Assembly (NCBI GenBank): GCA_019634005.1
Contig: JAHQWD010000002.1
Coordinates: 30,969 to 94,968 of the forward strand
Length of the DNA stretch: 64,000 bases
DNA from: Candidatus Kaiserbacteria bacterium
GTDB lineage: Bacteria; Patescibacteriota; Minisyncoccia; Phycocordibacterales; UBA918
Reading direction: 5' to 3'
Shown: piece after piece, positions 1 to 8,764 of the stretch
Numbering within the stretch: position 1 is the first letter of the stretch
How the letters are laid out: each line of letters starts with the position of its first letter
Notes under the pieces: model-generated
Told to the model about the DNA's origin: nothing
What the model saw: the letters and a program-made list of their open reading frames with translations, nothing else
Databases searched by the model: none
Translations under genes and position numbers: made by a program

Positions 1-573
1 AGCATTGTTCATTTTGTTCTTGCTTCGTGAGAGAAGCTTTGCGGTAACGTCCTTCACACCAGCAAGCTCTAGTACAGTACGTACTGAGCTACCAGCCACA
101 AGTCCGCGACCTGGTGCAGGCATGATCATTACCTCACTTGAAGCGTACTTTGTCTGTACGTCATGTGGGATGTGTCCATCCTTATTCATACGAACCGTGA
201 TCATGTTCTTCTTTGCATCACGGTATGCCTTCTCAATCGCGAGCTGTGTGTCCGTTGCCTTTCCAACTCCCACACCAACTTTACCGCGCTTGTCTCCGAT
301 CACCATCGCAACGCTGAAACTGAAACGGCGTCCTCCCGCCATCACACGCGTTACGCGGCGAATACCAATAAGCTGCTGTTCGAACTCTGGTCGCATACGC
401 TCCCCTCGGCGTCCACCTCCGCGACGGTTCTGTCGTCGTGGGCGACGTGGGTTTCTCTTGCGTGGTGCGTCCGTATCGTTCGCAGGCTTTGCAGTCTTGT
501 CTTCAGTAGCTGGAGCAGCCTTCTGCTCCTCTGTCGCTACTGCGCCTGTCTCCTTTTTTTCTGTATCTGTCAT
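1..573 (-). CDS. rpsE: 30S ribosomal protein S5 (partial; C-terminus runs off window start)
   Basis: Reverse-strand translation from ATG at 573 gives MTDTEKKE...RRGGGRRGERMRPEFEQQLIGIRRVTRVMAGGRRFSFSVAMVIGDKRGKVGVGVGKA, a typical S5; follows L18 in spc-operon order. Listed + strand ORF 5..661 is antisense artefact. Confidence 0.9.
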   Translation of the reverse strand, partial: MTDTEKKETGAVATEEQKAAPATEDKTAKPANDTDAPRKRNPRRPRRQNRRGGGRRGERMRPEFEQQLIGIRRVTRVMAGGRRFSFSVAMVIGDKRGKVGVGVGKATDTQLAIEKAYRDAKKNMITVRMNKDGHIPHDVQTKYASSEVMIMPAPGRGLVAGSSVRTVLELAGVKDVTAKLLSRSKNKMNNA

Positions 574-596
574 ACGCTTTAGAGTATTTCTTATAA

Positions 597-941
597 TTAG
601 AAGGTTAGCCCTCCGTTACGAGCACCGTCTGCAAGTGCAGCGATGTTCCCCTGGTACTTGAATCCACCACGGTCAAATACGATAGTGGTGATTCCTGCTT
701 TCTTTGCACCCTCTGCGATTGCAGTTCCTACTTCCGTAGCACGCTCAGTAGGAGTTGCCCCCTTTGCCTTACGTGTGTCAGCAGACACGAGTGTCTTTCC
801 AGTTACATCATCGATAAGCTGGGCGTAGAGTGCTCTGTTTGAGCGGAACACAGCCAAACGTGGCTTTTCTGCGGTTCCTGAAACACGCGCACGGATTCGT
901 GCATGTCGGCGTGTTCGCTGCATTGTTTTACTTGTGTTCAT
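597..941 (-). CDS. rplR: 50S ribosomal protein L18
   Basis: ORF 597..986; ...[31 protein letters not shown]... is L18. Start moved to ATG at 941 (1 nt after L6 stop, AAGAAGG upstream); 923 and 986 are alternatives. Confidence 0.9.
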   Translation of the reverse strand: MNTSKTMQRTRRHARIRARVSGTAEKPRLAVFRSNRALYAQLIDDVTGKTLVSADTRKAKGATPTERATEVGTAIAEGAKKAGITTIVFDRGGFKYQGNIAALADGARNGGLTF

Positions 942-942
942 A

Positions 943-1476
943 CTACACTGCCTTCTTACCCTGCTTTCTAATAATGTATTCACCAACGTAGTGGATTCCC
1001 TTGCCCTTGTATGGCTCAGGCTCCTTCACGGCGCGGATGTTAGCGGCAAACTGCCCCACAACCTCCTTGTCCACTCCGTTTACGGTGATGGTGTTCTTTT
1101 CTACCGCTACCGTCACCCCTTCAGGTGCGGTGAGTTCCACTGGGTGAGAGAATCCAACGTTTAGCTTGATTCCATTTCCCTGTGCCTCTGCACGGTATCC
1201 TACTCCCTCAATCTCGAGCTTCTTCTCGAAACCTTCGGTAACTCCTTCGATCATGTTGCGTGCGTGTGACGCGTATGTTCCCCAAAGAGCGCGTGCGGCA
1301 ATTGTCTCCTTTACGGGTGCAAATGAAACGGTACCGTCTGCAATGGTAACCTCCACGTCCTTCTTGATAGGGCGTGTCAGTGTTCCCTTTGGTCCCTTTA
1401 CAGTGAGGATATCATCAGCAAAGGTAACCTCTACTCCAGAGGGGATCGCAATTGGTTGTTTTCCTAGTCGACTCAT
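943..1476 (-). CDS. rplF: 50S ribosomal protein L6
   Basis: [17 protein letters not shown]...[18 protein letters not shown]; start trimmed to conserved MSRLGK at 1476. Confidence 0.92.
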   Translation of the reverse strand: MSRLGKQPIAIPSGVEVTFADDILTVKGPKGTLTRPIKKDVEVTIADGTVSFAPVKETIAARALWGTYASHARNMIEGVTEGFEKKLEIEGVGYRAEAQGNGIKLNVGFSHPVELTAPEGVTVAVEKNTITVNGVDKEVVGQFAANIRAVKEPEPYKGKGIHYVGEYIIRKQGKKAV

Positions 1477-1480
1477 ACCG

Positions 1481-1861
1481 TTACCAAATAATGAATAATT
1501 CCTCACCTCCTACGTTCTGCTTACGCGCCTCCTCTCCTGTGAGGATCCCCGCAGGTGTAGAGATGATGCGTCGTCCCTGTCCAAACTTCACGGGGAAGAT
1601 GTCCGCAGACTTAACGTAGAGACGTCGTCCTGGCTTTGAAATACGACGTACGTCGCTCACCGCACCGTCCTTCAAGGTAAGTGCAAGTGTCTTCTTTGCC
1701 TTCTTTCCTTGCTTTTCTGCTCCTGCAAGATATCCCTCCTTTACGAGAACATCTGCAATAGCGTGCTTCAGCTTAGAATATGGAAGTTCTACCTCCTCCT
1801 TGCCAACCATGCTGGCGTTCTTGATACGAATGATCAAGTCTGATACTGGGTCGTTTACCAT
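1481..1861 (-). CDS. rpsH: 30S ribosomal protein S8
   Basis: [16 protein letters not shown]... typical S8 N-terminus; spc order. Confidence 0.95.
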   Translation of the reverse strand: MVNDPVSDLIIRIKNASMVGKEEVELPYSKLKHAIADVLVKEGYLAGAEKQGKKAKKTLALTLKDGAVSDVRRISKPGRRLYVKSADIFPVKFGQGRRIISTPAGILTGEEARKQNVGGEELFIIW

Positions 1862-2040
1862 GATGATTTCTTTACGCCTGGTAAATGCCCCTGCTGTGCC
1901 TCTTCACGGAAGCAGATACGACAGAGATCAAAATCTCGCATGTATCCACGACCACGACCGCACTTAAAGCACCGTCGTACGACGCGGCTTTTGAACTTTG
2001 GTGTACGCTGTGAGCGTACGATGATAGATGTTCGTGCCAT
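1855..2040 (-). CDS. rpsZ: 30S ribosomal protein S14 type Z (zinc-binding)
   Basis: 61 aa with [20 protein letters not shown] zinc-ribbon Cys pairs; overlaps rpsH start by 7 nt. Confidence 0.9.
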   Translation of the reverse strand: MARTSIIVRSQRTPKFKSRVVRRCFKCGRGRGYMRDFDLCRICFREEAQQGHLPGVKKSSW

Positions 2041-2220
2041 CTGTATATAGGGCTAACTATTAAAACGTTTGAAAAGTGGTCTCACCTAGAAGATGGTGAC
2101 CGTTCTCTCCTTCCGCGACTCTGGGTAGCGTAAAAAACGCGTTCCCGACGGTTTTCCTTCTGAAAAACGGGTCAGGTGCGTCTGTTTCTACGTAAGAGTG
2201 CGTAAAACGTTATGGGGGCT

Positions 2221-2249
2221 ACTTTACACGGTTTGGGGGTGGGTGTCAA
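2221..2249 (-). promoter_or_regulatory. Sigma70-like promoter TTGACA-17-TAAAGT (minus strand) for rpsZ-rpsH-rplF-rplR-rpsE, followed by ~180-nt leader
   Basis: Minus-strand read cattgacacccacccccaaaccgtgtaaagt; shares TTGACACC extended -35 with other promoters in window. Confidence 0.45.
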
Positions 2250-2304
2250 TGAGAAAAAGGATGTGAACAAAATAATTTTGTGATAGGATAATCGTAAGAT
2301 AGTT

Positions 2305-2634
2305 ATGGAATCAATGGGAATCATCACAAGCAAAAATCTTGCTCATCAGAGAGACAAGGGCGAAGATGTGCGTTTGTCGATACACTGTAATCTGAGCGAG
2401 GATACTGCTTTCAGCATTCTTAGTAAAAAACCAACCTTTATAGAAGGGTTCGCAGGTTTGGTTGACTTCAGGGGAATTGATAGTCAATTTGAATCAACAT
2501 TACTGGAAGATGAAAGCTTAAGCGATACGTTTTTTGTAGGATGCGACTGGAAGATGGTCGGGAATTACTTTAATAAAGCATTCAAAAATTATGAGCAAGA
2601 AAAAGAAGAAGAACAAGGAACTTTCAGCAAGTAA
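2305..2634 (+). CDS. hypothetical protein (island gene A)
   Basis: 109-aa ORF in AT-rich region, no recognisable motifs, no SD; overlaps next ORF by 44 nt. Confidence 0.35.
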   Translation: MESMGIITSKNLAHQRDKGEDVRLSIHCNLSEDTAFSILSKKPTFIEGFAGLVDFRGIDSQFESTLLEDESLSDTFFVGCDWKMVGNYFNKAFKNYEQEKEEEQGTFSK

Positions 2635-3088
2635 GCCTGTCCAAAAAGATTCTGAACCGGAAGTTGAAGTAATTAGAGATCCAAAAGGACAAGTTGTTGG
2701 TTTCAGCGCTAGTAAAGCAGAGTTTTTCTCAGGACCCTTACCTCACCCTGATTTACTTAATAAATATAAAGAAGTAGACCCGAACGTTTTAGAGACAATA
2801 ACACGCATGGCAGAACGTGAACAAACCGAAAGATTGAAACGACAAAATAAGATAGTCTTGTTTGTTGGCGGTAAATCAATATTGGGTCTGATTTTTGCTT
2901 TTTTTGTGGTGTTGGCAGGAATTGCTGCGGGAGTCTATCTGCTTATGCATGATAAATCTGCCGAAGGTTTGTTTGTAGGAATAGCACCTTTTGCAATAGT
3001 TGTTGGTACGTTTATCTTGCAAACCTATTGGGAAAAAGACGAGAAGGAAACAGAGAAGGACAAGGCTGATCTACAAGACAATATATAA
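2591..3088 (+). CDS. DUF2335-like membrane protein
   Basis: FSGPLPHPDLLNKYKEVDP motif followed by MAEREQTERLKRQNK and two TM helices matches my recollection of the DUF2335 family common on phages/ICEs; Lys-rich N-terminus. Confidence 0.55.
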   Translation: MSKKKKKNKELSASKPVQKDSEPEVEVIRDPKGQVVGFSASKAEFFSGPLPHPDLLNKYKEVDPNVLETITRMAEREQTERLKRQNKIVLFVGGKSILGLIFAFFVVLAGIAAGVYLLMHDKSAEGLFVGIAPFAIVVGTFILQTYWEKDEKETEKDKADLQDNI

Positions 3089-3096
3089 ACTATTCC

Positions 3097-3318
3097 CTAA
3101 TGAAGACTTCTATCAACGTACTCCCTCGCTTTTTGCATACCGTGAACAAGTGCTCTGTCATCTGAAATATTACCCTCAACATTTTCTATGACAGCATGGG
3201 TTCCTTCCCATCCATTTTTAACTTTCCTCATAACTTCCCACCTAATAGCACAATGATTCTTTAAACGGTTGTGAATATTAGAAGTCAGTAGATAATTTTT
3301 ATATATTTCTTCCATCAT
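3097..3318 (-). CDS. hypothetical small protein (island gene C, 73 aa)
   Basis: ORF 38 nt downstream of PIN-like gene on same strand; no motifs recognised. Confidence 0.35.
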   Translation of the reverse strand: MMEEIYKNYLLTSNIHNRLKNHCAIRWEVMRKVKNGWEGTHAVIENVEGNISDDRALVHGMQKAREYVDRSLH

Positions 3319-3356
3319 TGAGTTGTATTATAACCGACTACCATTTCAGATATGTT

Positions 3357-3794
3357 CTATTTAATATCCGATAAGGACTTAATGTCTATATCAGATTTAA
3401 ATTCATTTTTAATTCTTTTGGACAAGCCAACATCTCCAGTGAACACATAAATTGTTTCAGTGGGATCGAAAAGTTGTTCTTTCTTCAAAGCTGCAAATCT
3501 CTCAATCAAAGTATGAACGGAGGCTAAAATTGAGATATCGCCAAAGCCAGTCATGTTGAAAAAAGATCTTCCTCCGTGATTATTTAGCATTTCCTTATAC
3601 TTATTGACATAGATGGGCTCATCAAATTCATCAATGTCCGATAACCTCAGGATATTCTTGGGAAGCTTCTTACCAAAGATAGTTTGGGTCATCTCTACTT
3701 CTTCCACAACATCTGGTGCCATATAGTACTTTTTGGAAGGAGAAATTCCATTCTTAAAAATATATGTAATTCCATTTGAATCAATTAAATTCAT
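3357..3794 (-). CDS. PIN-like domain protein (putative nuclease/toxin; island gene D)
   Basis: 145 aa; N-terminal MNLIDSN (PIN beta1-like Asp), acidic PDVVEEVE, later GDISIL and FTGDVGL Asp positions compatible with a PIN/NYN fold; start ATG overlaps stop of upstream gene (ATGA). Confidence 0.4.
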   Translation of the reverse strand: MNLIDSNGITYIFKNGISPSKKYYMAPDVVEEVEMTQTIFGKKLPKNILRLSDIDEFDEPIYVNKYKEMLNNHGGRSFFNMTGFGDISILASVHTLIERFAALKKEQLFDPTETIYVFTGDVGLSKRIKNEFKSDIDIKSLSDIK

Positions 3795-5050
3795 AGACTT
3801 AGTTCACTTCTATACTTCAGAAAACCTTTTTTCTGTGGCGCTCCCCAGATTAAATGTTGCGCTTGAGTATTCGGCAATGTTCCACCTTTTATGCCCAAGT
3901 TTATTGTCTCAAAAGATTTTAGACCACAAAATTTACTTACAGAAGTTGAAACTTTAGGAGTTCTAGGATGGCCTGTGTTTTTCAATTTTATTGGTTTTGG
4001 CTTGAGACTATCAAATTCTGACGATGATATGACTCCTCTCCTTCTCAGAGTAACCAATAAAGCAGTTGGTGATACCTTGAACTTGTTTGCCAATTCATCT
4101 CGCCTACTCTCTGTGACCTTTGTCCCTCGAATTTTTTCTGTCTCTGAACGCGGTATGAGTAATTCTGAAGTTATTAAGTGAAGTCTTACCTCCTTAATAG
4201 TTGTTCCTGTAATTTTAATTGTAAAATTTGGCTCAAGTATAAATTCATATTGATCTAACCCAATAATCGTTAACAAATAAAACAAGGTGTATATCTGCCT
4301 ACTGGCAACTTCGTCCTGATTAGTTTCTGATGGCAGAAAAATGAAGGGGACATGGTCGTCTTTTATTGCAAAACCACTCGTATTTTTATAAACGCTACTT
4401 GGTACCACTCGTGTGTTCGGGAGAATCTTATGTGCAAGTGTTCCTTGCGAAACATTTATATTTTTGTTTCCCACCTTTTTTATTAGTGCTTCCAGAGTAG
4501 CTTCCTTCCCCCTATCCCGCCACATCCAGTCTCTATCAATGTCAAAATGGTCTAAGATTTTATCTGCAGCAGATTTTATACTTTCATACTTCAAAGACCC
4601 GCAAAAACTATTTGATGGAAAGATTCCTGTACTTACAAGATAATTTTGCTGACGAATCAACCGATCCACAATGCGTTTCGGAGTGATCTTTCCTTGTCCT
4701 TTCCTCTTGGCAACAATTTTCTTTGAGACCTTATGCTGCCTTTGAGTCTCAATATGATTAATTGTCTGGTTTAGGTTTGTCGTGCTAAGAAAGAACATCT
4801 GCCAAGGAATGAGTATTTTTTCGCTTTCTTCTTTCAGATTTTTGAATGTAATAGAACCAGCAGAAAATGCCTGCTGAAATATTTTTCTGTTTATAAGTTT
4901 TTCTTCGGGATAAAGGTTGAGAATTCTTTTAATAACAGAGTCATCTATCTCTACCGAATTCTGCCCATTTACTGACACCCACATACTTAATAGGATATTT
5001 TTGAGTTCTTTCGGACATAGTGCGCAACATATAGAGAAAGTAGCACACAA
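3791..5050 (-). CDS. hypothetical 419-aa protein with C-terminal helix-turn-helix-like segment (island gene E)
   Basis: Long ORF; RRDELANKFKVSPTALLVTLRRRGVIS resembles an HTH; no HExxH, P-loop or recombinase motifs seen. Track start is TTG at 5050 (SD-like AAAGGA 5 nt upstream); ATG at 4984 (MWVSVNGQ) alternative. Confidence 0.5.
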   Translation of the reverse strand: MCATFSICCALCPKELKNILLSMWVSVNGQNSVEIDDSVIKRILNLYPEEKLINRKIFQQAFSAGSITFKNLKEESEKILIPWQMFFLSTTNLNQTINHIETQRQHKVSKKIVAKRKGQGKITPKRIVDRLIRQQNYLVSTGIFPSNSFCGSLKYESIKSAADKILDHFDIDRDWMWRDRGKEATLEALIKKVGNKNINVSQGTLAHKILPNTRVVPSSVYKNTSGFAIKDDHVPFIFLPSETNQDEVASRQIYTLFYLLTIIGLDQYEFILEPNFTIKITGTTIKEVRLHLITSELLIPRSETEKIRGTKVTESRRDELANKFKVSPTALLVTLRRRGVISSSEFDSLKPKPIKLKNTGHPRTPKVSTSVSKFCGLKSFETINLGIKGGTLPNTQAQHLIWGAPQKKGFLKYRSELSL

Positions 5051-5073
5051 AACATCCTTTTTCTAGGAGAGAA

Positions 5074-5105
5074 TTGACAATACACTTATATATGGTATCA
5101 TTCAA
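5074..5105. promoter_or_regulatory. Back-to-back divergent promoters: plus TTGACA(5074-5079)-16-TATCAT(5096-5101) for membrane gene; minus TTGAAT(5105-5100)-17-TATTGT(5082-5077) for island operon E-D-C
   Basis: Read directly: gaattgacaatacacttatatatggtatcattcaa; plus -35 overlaps minus -10. Confidence 0.4.
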
Positions 5106-5133
5106 CTTAGCATTTCCAATAGGGAGAAGACCG

Positions 5134-5481
5134 ATGGAAAATCAAAGTGCTGTTCTCTACCAAGATAAACCCTGGCTGAAGATTCTGGCATTCATTGTCA
5201 TCTGGATGATTCTTGCTGGCGAGGTTTGGGCGTATCTGGAACTTTTGCGCACCGTCAATGACCACAAGCGGAGCGCCTTCGGCGCACATGTTCCCATCCC
5301 CGACGGCGTTGGGATCATGTATATGACCATGCTGTTCTCAGTAGGGCCCGTTGGCCCCTTTCTGATACAGCTCGTCGGAAGCATGTTCGGCCAAATCATC
5401 ATCGCCGCTGTTCTTCTGCTCGGAGCAGGGGGCAATTGGCTGCTCTACAGTATCCTCGAGAATTTCGGATACTTCACCTAA
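5134..5481 (+). CDS. hypothetical polytopic membrane protein (115 aa, higher GC)
   Basis: ATG at 5134 preceded by SD AGGGAGAAG; hydrophobic ILAFIVIWMILAGEVWAYL and IIIAAVLLLGAGGNWLLY; track ORF 5074 uses TTG upstream. Confidence 0.55.
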   Translation: MENQSAVLYQDKPWLKILAFIVIWMILAGEVWAYLELLRTVNDHKRSAFGAHVPIPDGVGIMYMTMLFSVGPVGPFLIQLVGSMFGQIIIAAVLLLGAGGNWLLYSILENFGYFT

Positions 5482-5506
5482 GGGATCCCGAGAACGACCC
5501 GACCAA

Positions 5507-5576
5507 CCGCCGAACACACCCGTTCGGCGGTTTAACTTTACTCTTCCACCAAAAAACCACCCTCCCGGGTGGTTTT
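5507..5576. terminator. Two stem-loops; second (5553-5576, aaaaccaccc-tccc-gggtggtttt) is a bidirectional rho-independent terminator between membrane gene (+) and rplE (-)
   Basis: ccgccgaacacacccgttcggcgg + tttaacttta, then aaaaaaccaccctcccgggtggttttt; T/A runs both sides. Confidence 0.6.
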
Positions 5577-5580
5577 TCAT

Positions 5581-6117
5581 CTACTCAGCCTCAACCTTCT
5601 GAAGCGGAAGTCCGACATGCCGAAGCAATGCCTCTGCCTCTTCTTTGGTTTTCGCAGTAGTCACGAGTGTGATAGCAAATCCAAACACATCTCGAATCTC
5701 TTCATCTGAAGTCTCAGGGAAGATCGTGTGCTCCTTGATTCCCAAGGTGTAGTTCCCCATCTCATCGATGGCGGTCACCTTAAGACCACGGAAGTCACGG
5801 GTGTTTGGAAGCGCAACGTGAATCAACTTATCGAGGAAGTCATTCATACGCTCCCCACGAAGGGTTACCTGATATCCAATGATATCTCCCTCACGAAGCT
5901 TAAATGTCGCAATAGACTGCTTCGCAGGACGTGGAGATGGCTTCTGTCCGGTAATCTTCGCAAGACGATCTTGCATAAGCTCGATCTTCTTCTTGTCGTC
6001 GATCTTTCCCGTACCAGTTGATACCACCACCTTCGTGATGCGAGGTGCCTGCATCACATTCTTGTAAGAGAATGTGCCTTTCAGTGCCTCAAATACAGAT
6101 TGTAGTTTTTCTTTCAT
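5581..6117 (-). CDS. rplE: 50S ribosomal protein L5
   Basis: MKEKLQSVFEALKGTFSYKNVMQAPRITKVVVSTGTG... typical L5. Confidence 0.95.
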   Translation of the reverse strand: MKEKLQSVFEALKGTFSYKNVMQAPRITKVVVSTGTGKIDDKKKIELMQDRLAKITGQKPSPRPAKQSIATFKLREGDIIGYQVTLRGERMNDFLDKLIHVALPNTRDFRGLKVTAIDEMGNYTLGIKEHTIFPETSDEEIRDVFGFAITLVTTAKTKEEAEALLRHVGLPLQKVEAE

Positions 6118-6125
6118 AATACGTT

Positions 6126-6425
6126 CTATATCTTAGTACCCTTTGGACGAGTAACACGAACTTTCTTGCCGTCCACCACATCGTATCCCACACGTGCTGG
6201 CTTCTTACCATCAAGGATCGCAACGTTAGAGACGTGGATTGGCATAGGCTTCTCCACAATCTGTCCCGTAGATCCACGACGACGTGCCTTCTGGTGGCGA
6301 ACCGCAACGTTCACCCCATCAACGATGACCTTATCCGCAGAAGAGATAACCTCAAGGACTTCTCCGTCCTTTCCTTTATCCTTTCCGGAAATCACCATTA
6401 CTTTGTCTCCTTTGTGTATTTTCAT
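6126..6425 (-). CDS. rplX: 50S ribosomal protein L24
   Basis: MKIHKGDKVMVISGKDKGKDGEVLEV... KOW motif; start trimmed to ATG at 6425 (track ORF extends to 6515 over rplN). Confidence 0.92.
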   Translation of the reverse strand: MKIHKGDKVMVISGKDKGKDGEVLEVISSADKVIVDGVNVAVRHQKARRRGSTGQIVEKPMPIHVSNVAILDGKKPARVGYDVVDGKKVRVTRPKGTKI

Positions 6426-6435
6426 AGGCAATTCG

Positions 6436-6807
6436 TTACACAACCTCAGGTGCGAGGGATACAATTTTCTGATAACCCGCTTCAGCAATCTCACGTGGGA
6501 TTGGACCGAACACACGGTTTGCGCGTGGTTCTGGCTTCTCCTTGTCCACGAGGACTACTGCATTCTCATCAAATGAGATGTATGAACCATCCTTGCGGCG
6601 GAATGGCTTTCGCTGACGTACGACAACGCCATACACAACGTCCTTCTTCTTTACGAGCTTACGTGGCTCAGCAGTCTGTACAGAGAGTACAACCTTCTCA
6701 CCGAGCTCTGCGTAGCGCTTCTTCGATCCTCCGAGAACCTTGAACACGCGTCCAATCTTTCCTCCGGAGTTATCTGCAATCTTTACGATAGTCTGTGGTT
6801 GAATCAT
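6436..6807 (-). CDS. rplN: 50S ribosomal protein L14
   Basis: MIQPQTIVKIADNSGGK... classic L14. Confidence 0.95.
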   Translation of the reverse strand: MIQPQTIVKIADNSGGKIGRVFKVLGGSKKRYAELGEKVVLSVQTAEPRKLVKKKDVVYGVVVRQRKPFRRKDGSYISFDENAVVLVDKEKPEPRANRVFGPIPREIAEAGYQKIVSLAPEVV

Positions 6808-6818
6808 AAGTCAATTTA

Positions 6819-7076
6819 TTACTTAACCAAGGTAAAGCGCTTACGCTTTGAAATTGGACGTGTTTCTGTAATCTCGACCTTGTCTCCCATCTGTGCAGTG
6901 TTCCCTGCATCATGCACAAGATACTTCTTGCGACGACGCATGAACTTTTTGTACTTTGGATGCTTCACGTACCGCTCCACAAGAACGGTGATCGTGTCCT
7001 GCATCTTTGTAGACACAACGGTACCACGTAGGGTACGTCCGCCGGTCTTTGTTTTTGTTTCGTTTTCCATAGACAT
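6819..7076 (-). CDS. rpsQ: 30S ribosomal protein S17
   Basis: ...RTLRGTVVSTKMQDTITVLVERYVKHPKYKK... S17 OB-fold signature. Confidence 0.93.
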   Translation of the reverse strand: MSMENETKTKTGGRTLRGTVVSTKMQDTITVLVERYVKHPKYKKFMRRRKKYLVHDAGNTAQMGDKVEITETRPISKRKRFTLVK

Positions 7077-7080
7077 TTCT

Positions 7081-7272
7081 CTACACGTTCTTACGCGCGT
7101 TTAATTCAGTGAGAGCCTGCGCAATCTCCTTTTTCGCAGATCGCATAGCCTTCACATCTCGCATGCCACTTCCTGCAGATGCAAAGCGAAGTTCACGAAG
7201 CGCCTCTCGCTTCTCCTTCACCACCTTCTGTAGGTCTGCATCACTTTTGTTCTGAATATCTTTCATAGGCAT
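7081..7272 (-). CDS. rpmC: 50S ribosomal protein L29
   Basis: 63 aa, KSDADLQKVVKEKREALRELRF typical L29. Confidence 0.9.
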   Translation of the reverse strand: MPMKDIQNKSDADLQKVVKEKREALRELRFASAGSGMRDVKAMRSAKKEIAQALTELNARKNV

Positions 7273-7706
7273 TATGCAGTTGTCTCTTCACGAGTGACAA
7301 AACGTGCTTTTATAGGGAGTTTCGCGGTCGCCTTGCGGAATGCCTCGCGCGCAACGTCCTCAGAAACACCGTCAATTTCGAATAATACTCGACCAGGGCG
7401 TACCTCGAATACGAAGTGATCAGGATCTCCCTTACCCTTACCCATACCTACCTCAGCAGGCTTCTTGGTAATTGGCTTGTCAGGGAAAATACGAATCCAG
7501 ATCTTACCTGTCTTTCCGAGTGTACGAGAGATCACACGACGTGCCGCCTCAATCTGATTTGAACGTACACGTGACTGTGAAGTCGCCTTCAAACCGTACG
7601 CACCAAACGATACGGTGATACCACGAGTATCAGGGCGCTGCAGCTTCTCTGGGTGCTTACGCCCAACCTGCCATTTACGATGCTTTACTTTCTTTGGAAA
7701 CAACAT
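7272..7706 (-). CDS. rplP: 50S ribosomal protein L16
   Basis: [16 protein letters not shown]... typical L16. Confidence 0.95.
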   Translation of the reverse strand: MLFPKKVKHRKWQVGRKHPEKLQRPDTRGITVSFGAYGLKATSQSRVRSNQIEAARRVISRTLGKTGKIWIRIFPDKPITKKPAEVGMGKGKGDPDHFVFEVRPGRVLFEIDGVSEDVAREAFRKATAKLPIKARFVTREETTA

Positions 7707-7711
7707 AAGCC

Positions 7712-8425
7712 TTATCCGCGGTTATTCTCTCGACCTCCTCGGCGTGGTGCAGACGCACCATCTTTGCGATCTCCGAAGATATCTCCCTTATAAATCCAGA
7801 CCTTGATTCCGATTACACCGTACGGAAGAATTGCTCGCTCGGAAGCGAAATCAATGTCAGCACGAAGAGTCTGTAGTGGAATACGTCCCTTCTTTGCCTC
7901 CTCCTTACGTGCCATCTCAGCGCCACCAAGACGACCAGATACGATAATTCGTACTCCAAGTACGTCACGGTTCGCCATTACCTTCTCTACCGTCTGCTTC
8001 AGCACACGACGGAATGGCATACGCTTCTCAAGTCCTTCTACCACCATCTGTCCTACCACAGATGCACTTGATTCTGGAGAGCGGAGCTCTTCGATATCAA
8101 GTTTCACCTCAGGCTTTACAGAAAGCTTCAGTGTACGAAGCAGCATATCTACCTTCTTACGAAGTTTCTGTGCTCCCTCTCCACTACGTCCGATCACGAG
8201 ACCTGGACGTGAAGTAGTGATGATGATGCGATAGATGTTCTCATCTCGCTCGATCTCAACGCTCGCAACGTACATACCCTTGAGCTCTTTGCTCAATAGC
8301 TTACGTACAGACGCGTCGGTACGAACATACTCACGAAAACGCTTTGGGTCATTCGTAATCCAGCGAGACTGCCAGTCACGAATGATTCCAAGACGCTGTG
8401 CATATGGATGTGCTACGTGTGTCAT
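7712..8425 (-). CDS. rpsC: 30S ribosomal protein S3
   Basis: MTHVAHPYAQRLGIIRDWQSRW... KH domain GRSGEGAQKLRK; start trimmed to 8425 (track ORF overlaps rplV). Confidence 0.93.
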   Translation of the reverse strand: MTHVAHPYAQRLGIIRDWQSRWITNDPKRFREYVRTDASVRKLLSKELKGMYVASVEIERDENIYRIIITTSRPGLVIGRSGEGAQKLRKKVDMLLRTLKLSVKPEVKLDIEELRSPESSASVVGQMVVEGLEKRMPFRRVLKQTVEKVMANRDVLGVRIIVSGRLGGAEMARKEEAKKGRIPLQTLRADIDFASERAILPYGVIGIKVWIYKGDIFGDRKDGASAPRRGGRENNRG

Positions 8426-8435
8426 AGTGAATACT

Positions 8436-8759
8436 TTATCCGAGCTCCACGGTGATGTGGCTACTGCGGCGGTTAATAGGTGATGCAGATCCACGAGCGC
8501 GCGGCATATACTTTCGCATAACCGTACCCTTGTCGACTGCTACCTTAGTGATTTTTAGTGATTCGACCTCCTTCCCTGCCTGCTTTGCATTTGCTGCAGC
8601 AGAACGGATAACCTTTGCAAACGGCTCTGCAGCACGCTTCTCCACAAACTGAAGCGTATGAAGTGCCTCGTTCACCTTCTTCCCGCGTACAAGGTCTGCC
8701 AAGAGGCGTACCTTACGTGGAGACTGGCGATAATTTTTGAGTACTGCTTTCATAAACAA
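8436..8759 (-). CDS. rplV: 50S ribosomal protein L22
   Basis: MFMKAVLKNYRQSPRKVRLLADLVRGKKVNEALHTLQF typical L22. Confidence 0.93.
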   Translation of the reverse strand: MFMKAVLKNYRQSPRKVRLLADLVRGKKVNEALHTLQFVEKRAAEPFAKVIRSAAANAKQAGKEVESLKITKVAVDKGTVMRKYMPRARGSASPINRRSSHITVELG

Positions 8760-8764
8760 TCAGA

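Noticed and set aside
5-661. 218-aa + strand ORF at window start
   Set aside because: Antisense to rpsE (S5), whose translation is unmistakable; Arg/Pro/Ser-rich composition typical of antisense artefacts in GC-balanced coding DNA.
5074-5481. Track ORF start (TTG at 5074, MTIHLYMVSF...) for the membrane gene
   Set aside because: TTG lies inside the -35 hexamer of the predicted promoter; ATG at 5134 with AGGGAGAAG SD is the better start.
2229-5576. Searched island boundaries for direct repeats (att-like) - ggtttgggggtgggtg at left versus ccaccctcccgggtgg at right
   Set aside because: Similarity is partial, inverted and explained by the right-hand terminator hairpin; not a convincing duplication.
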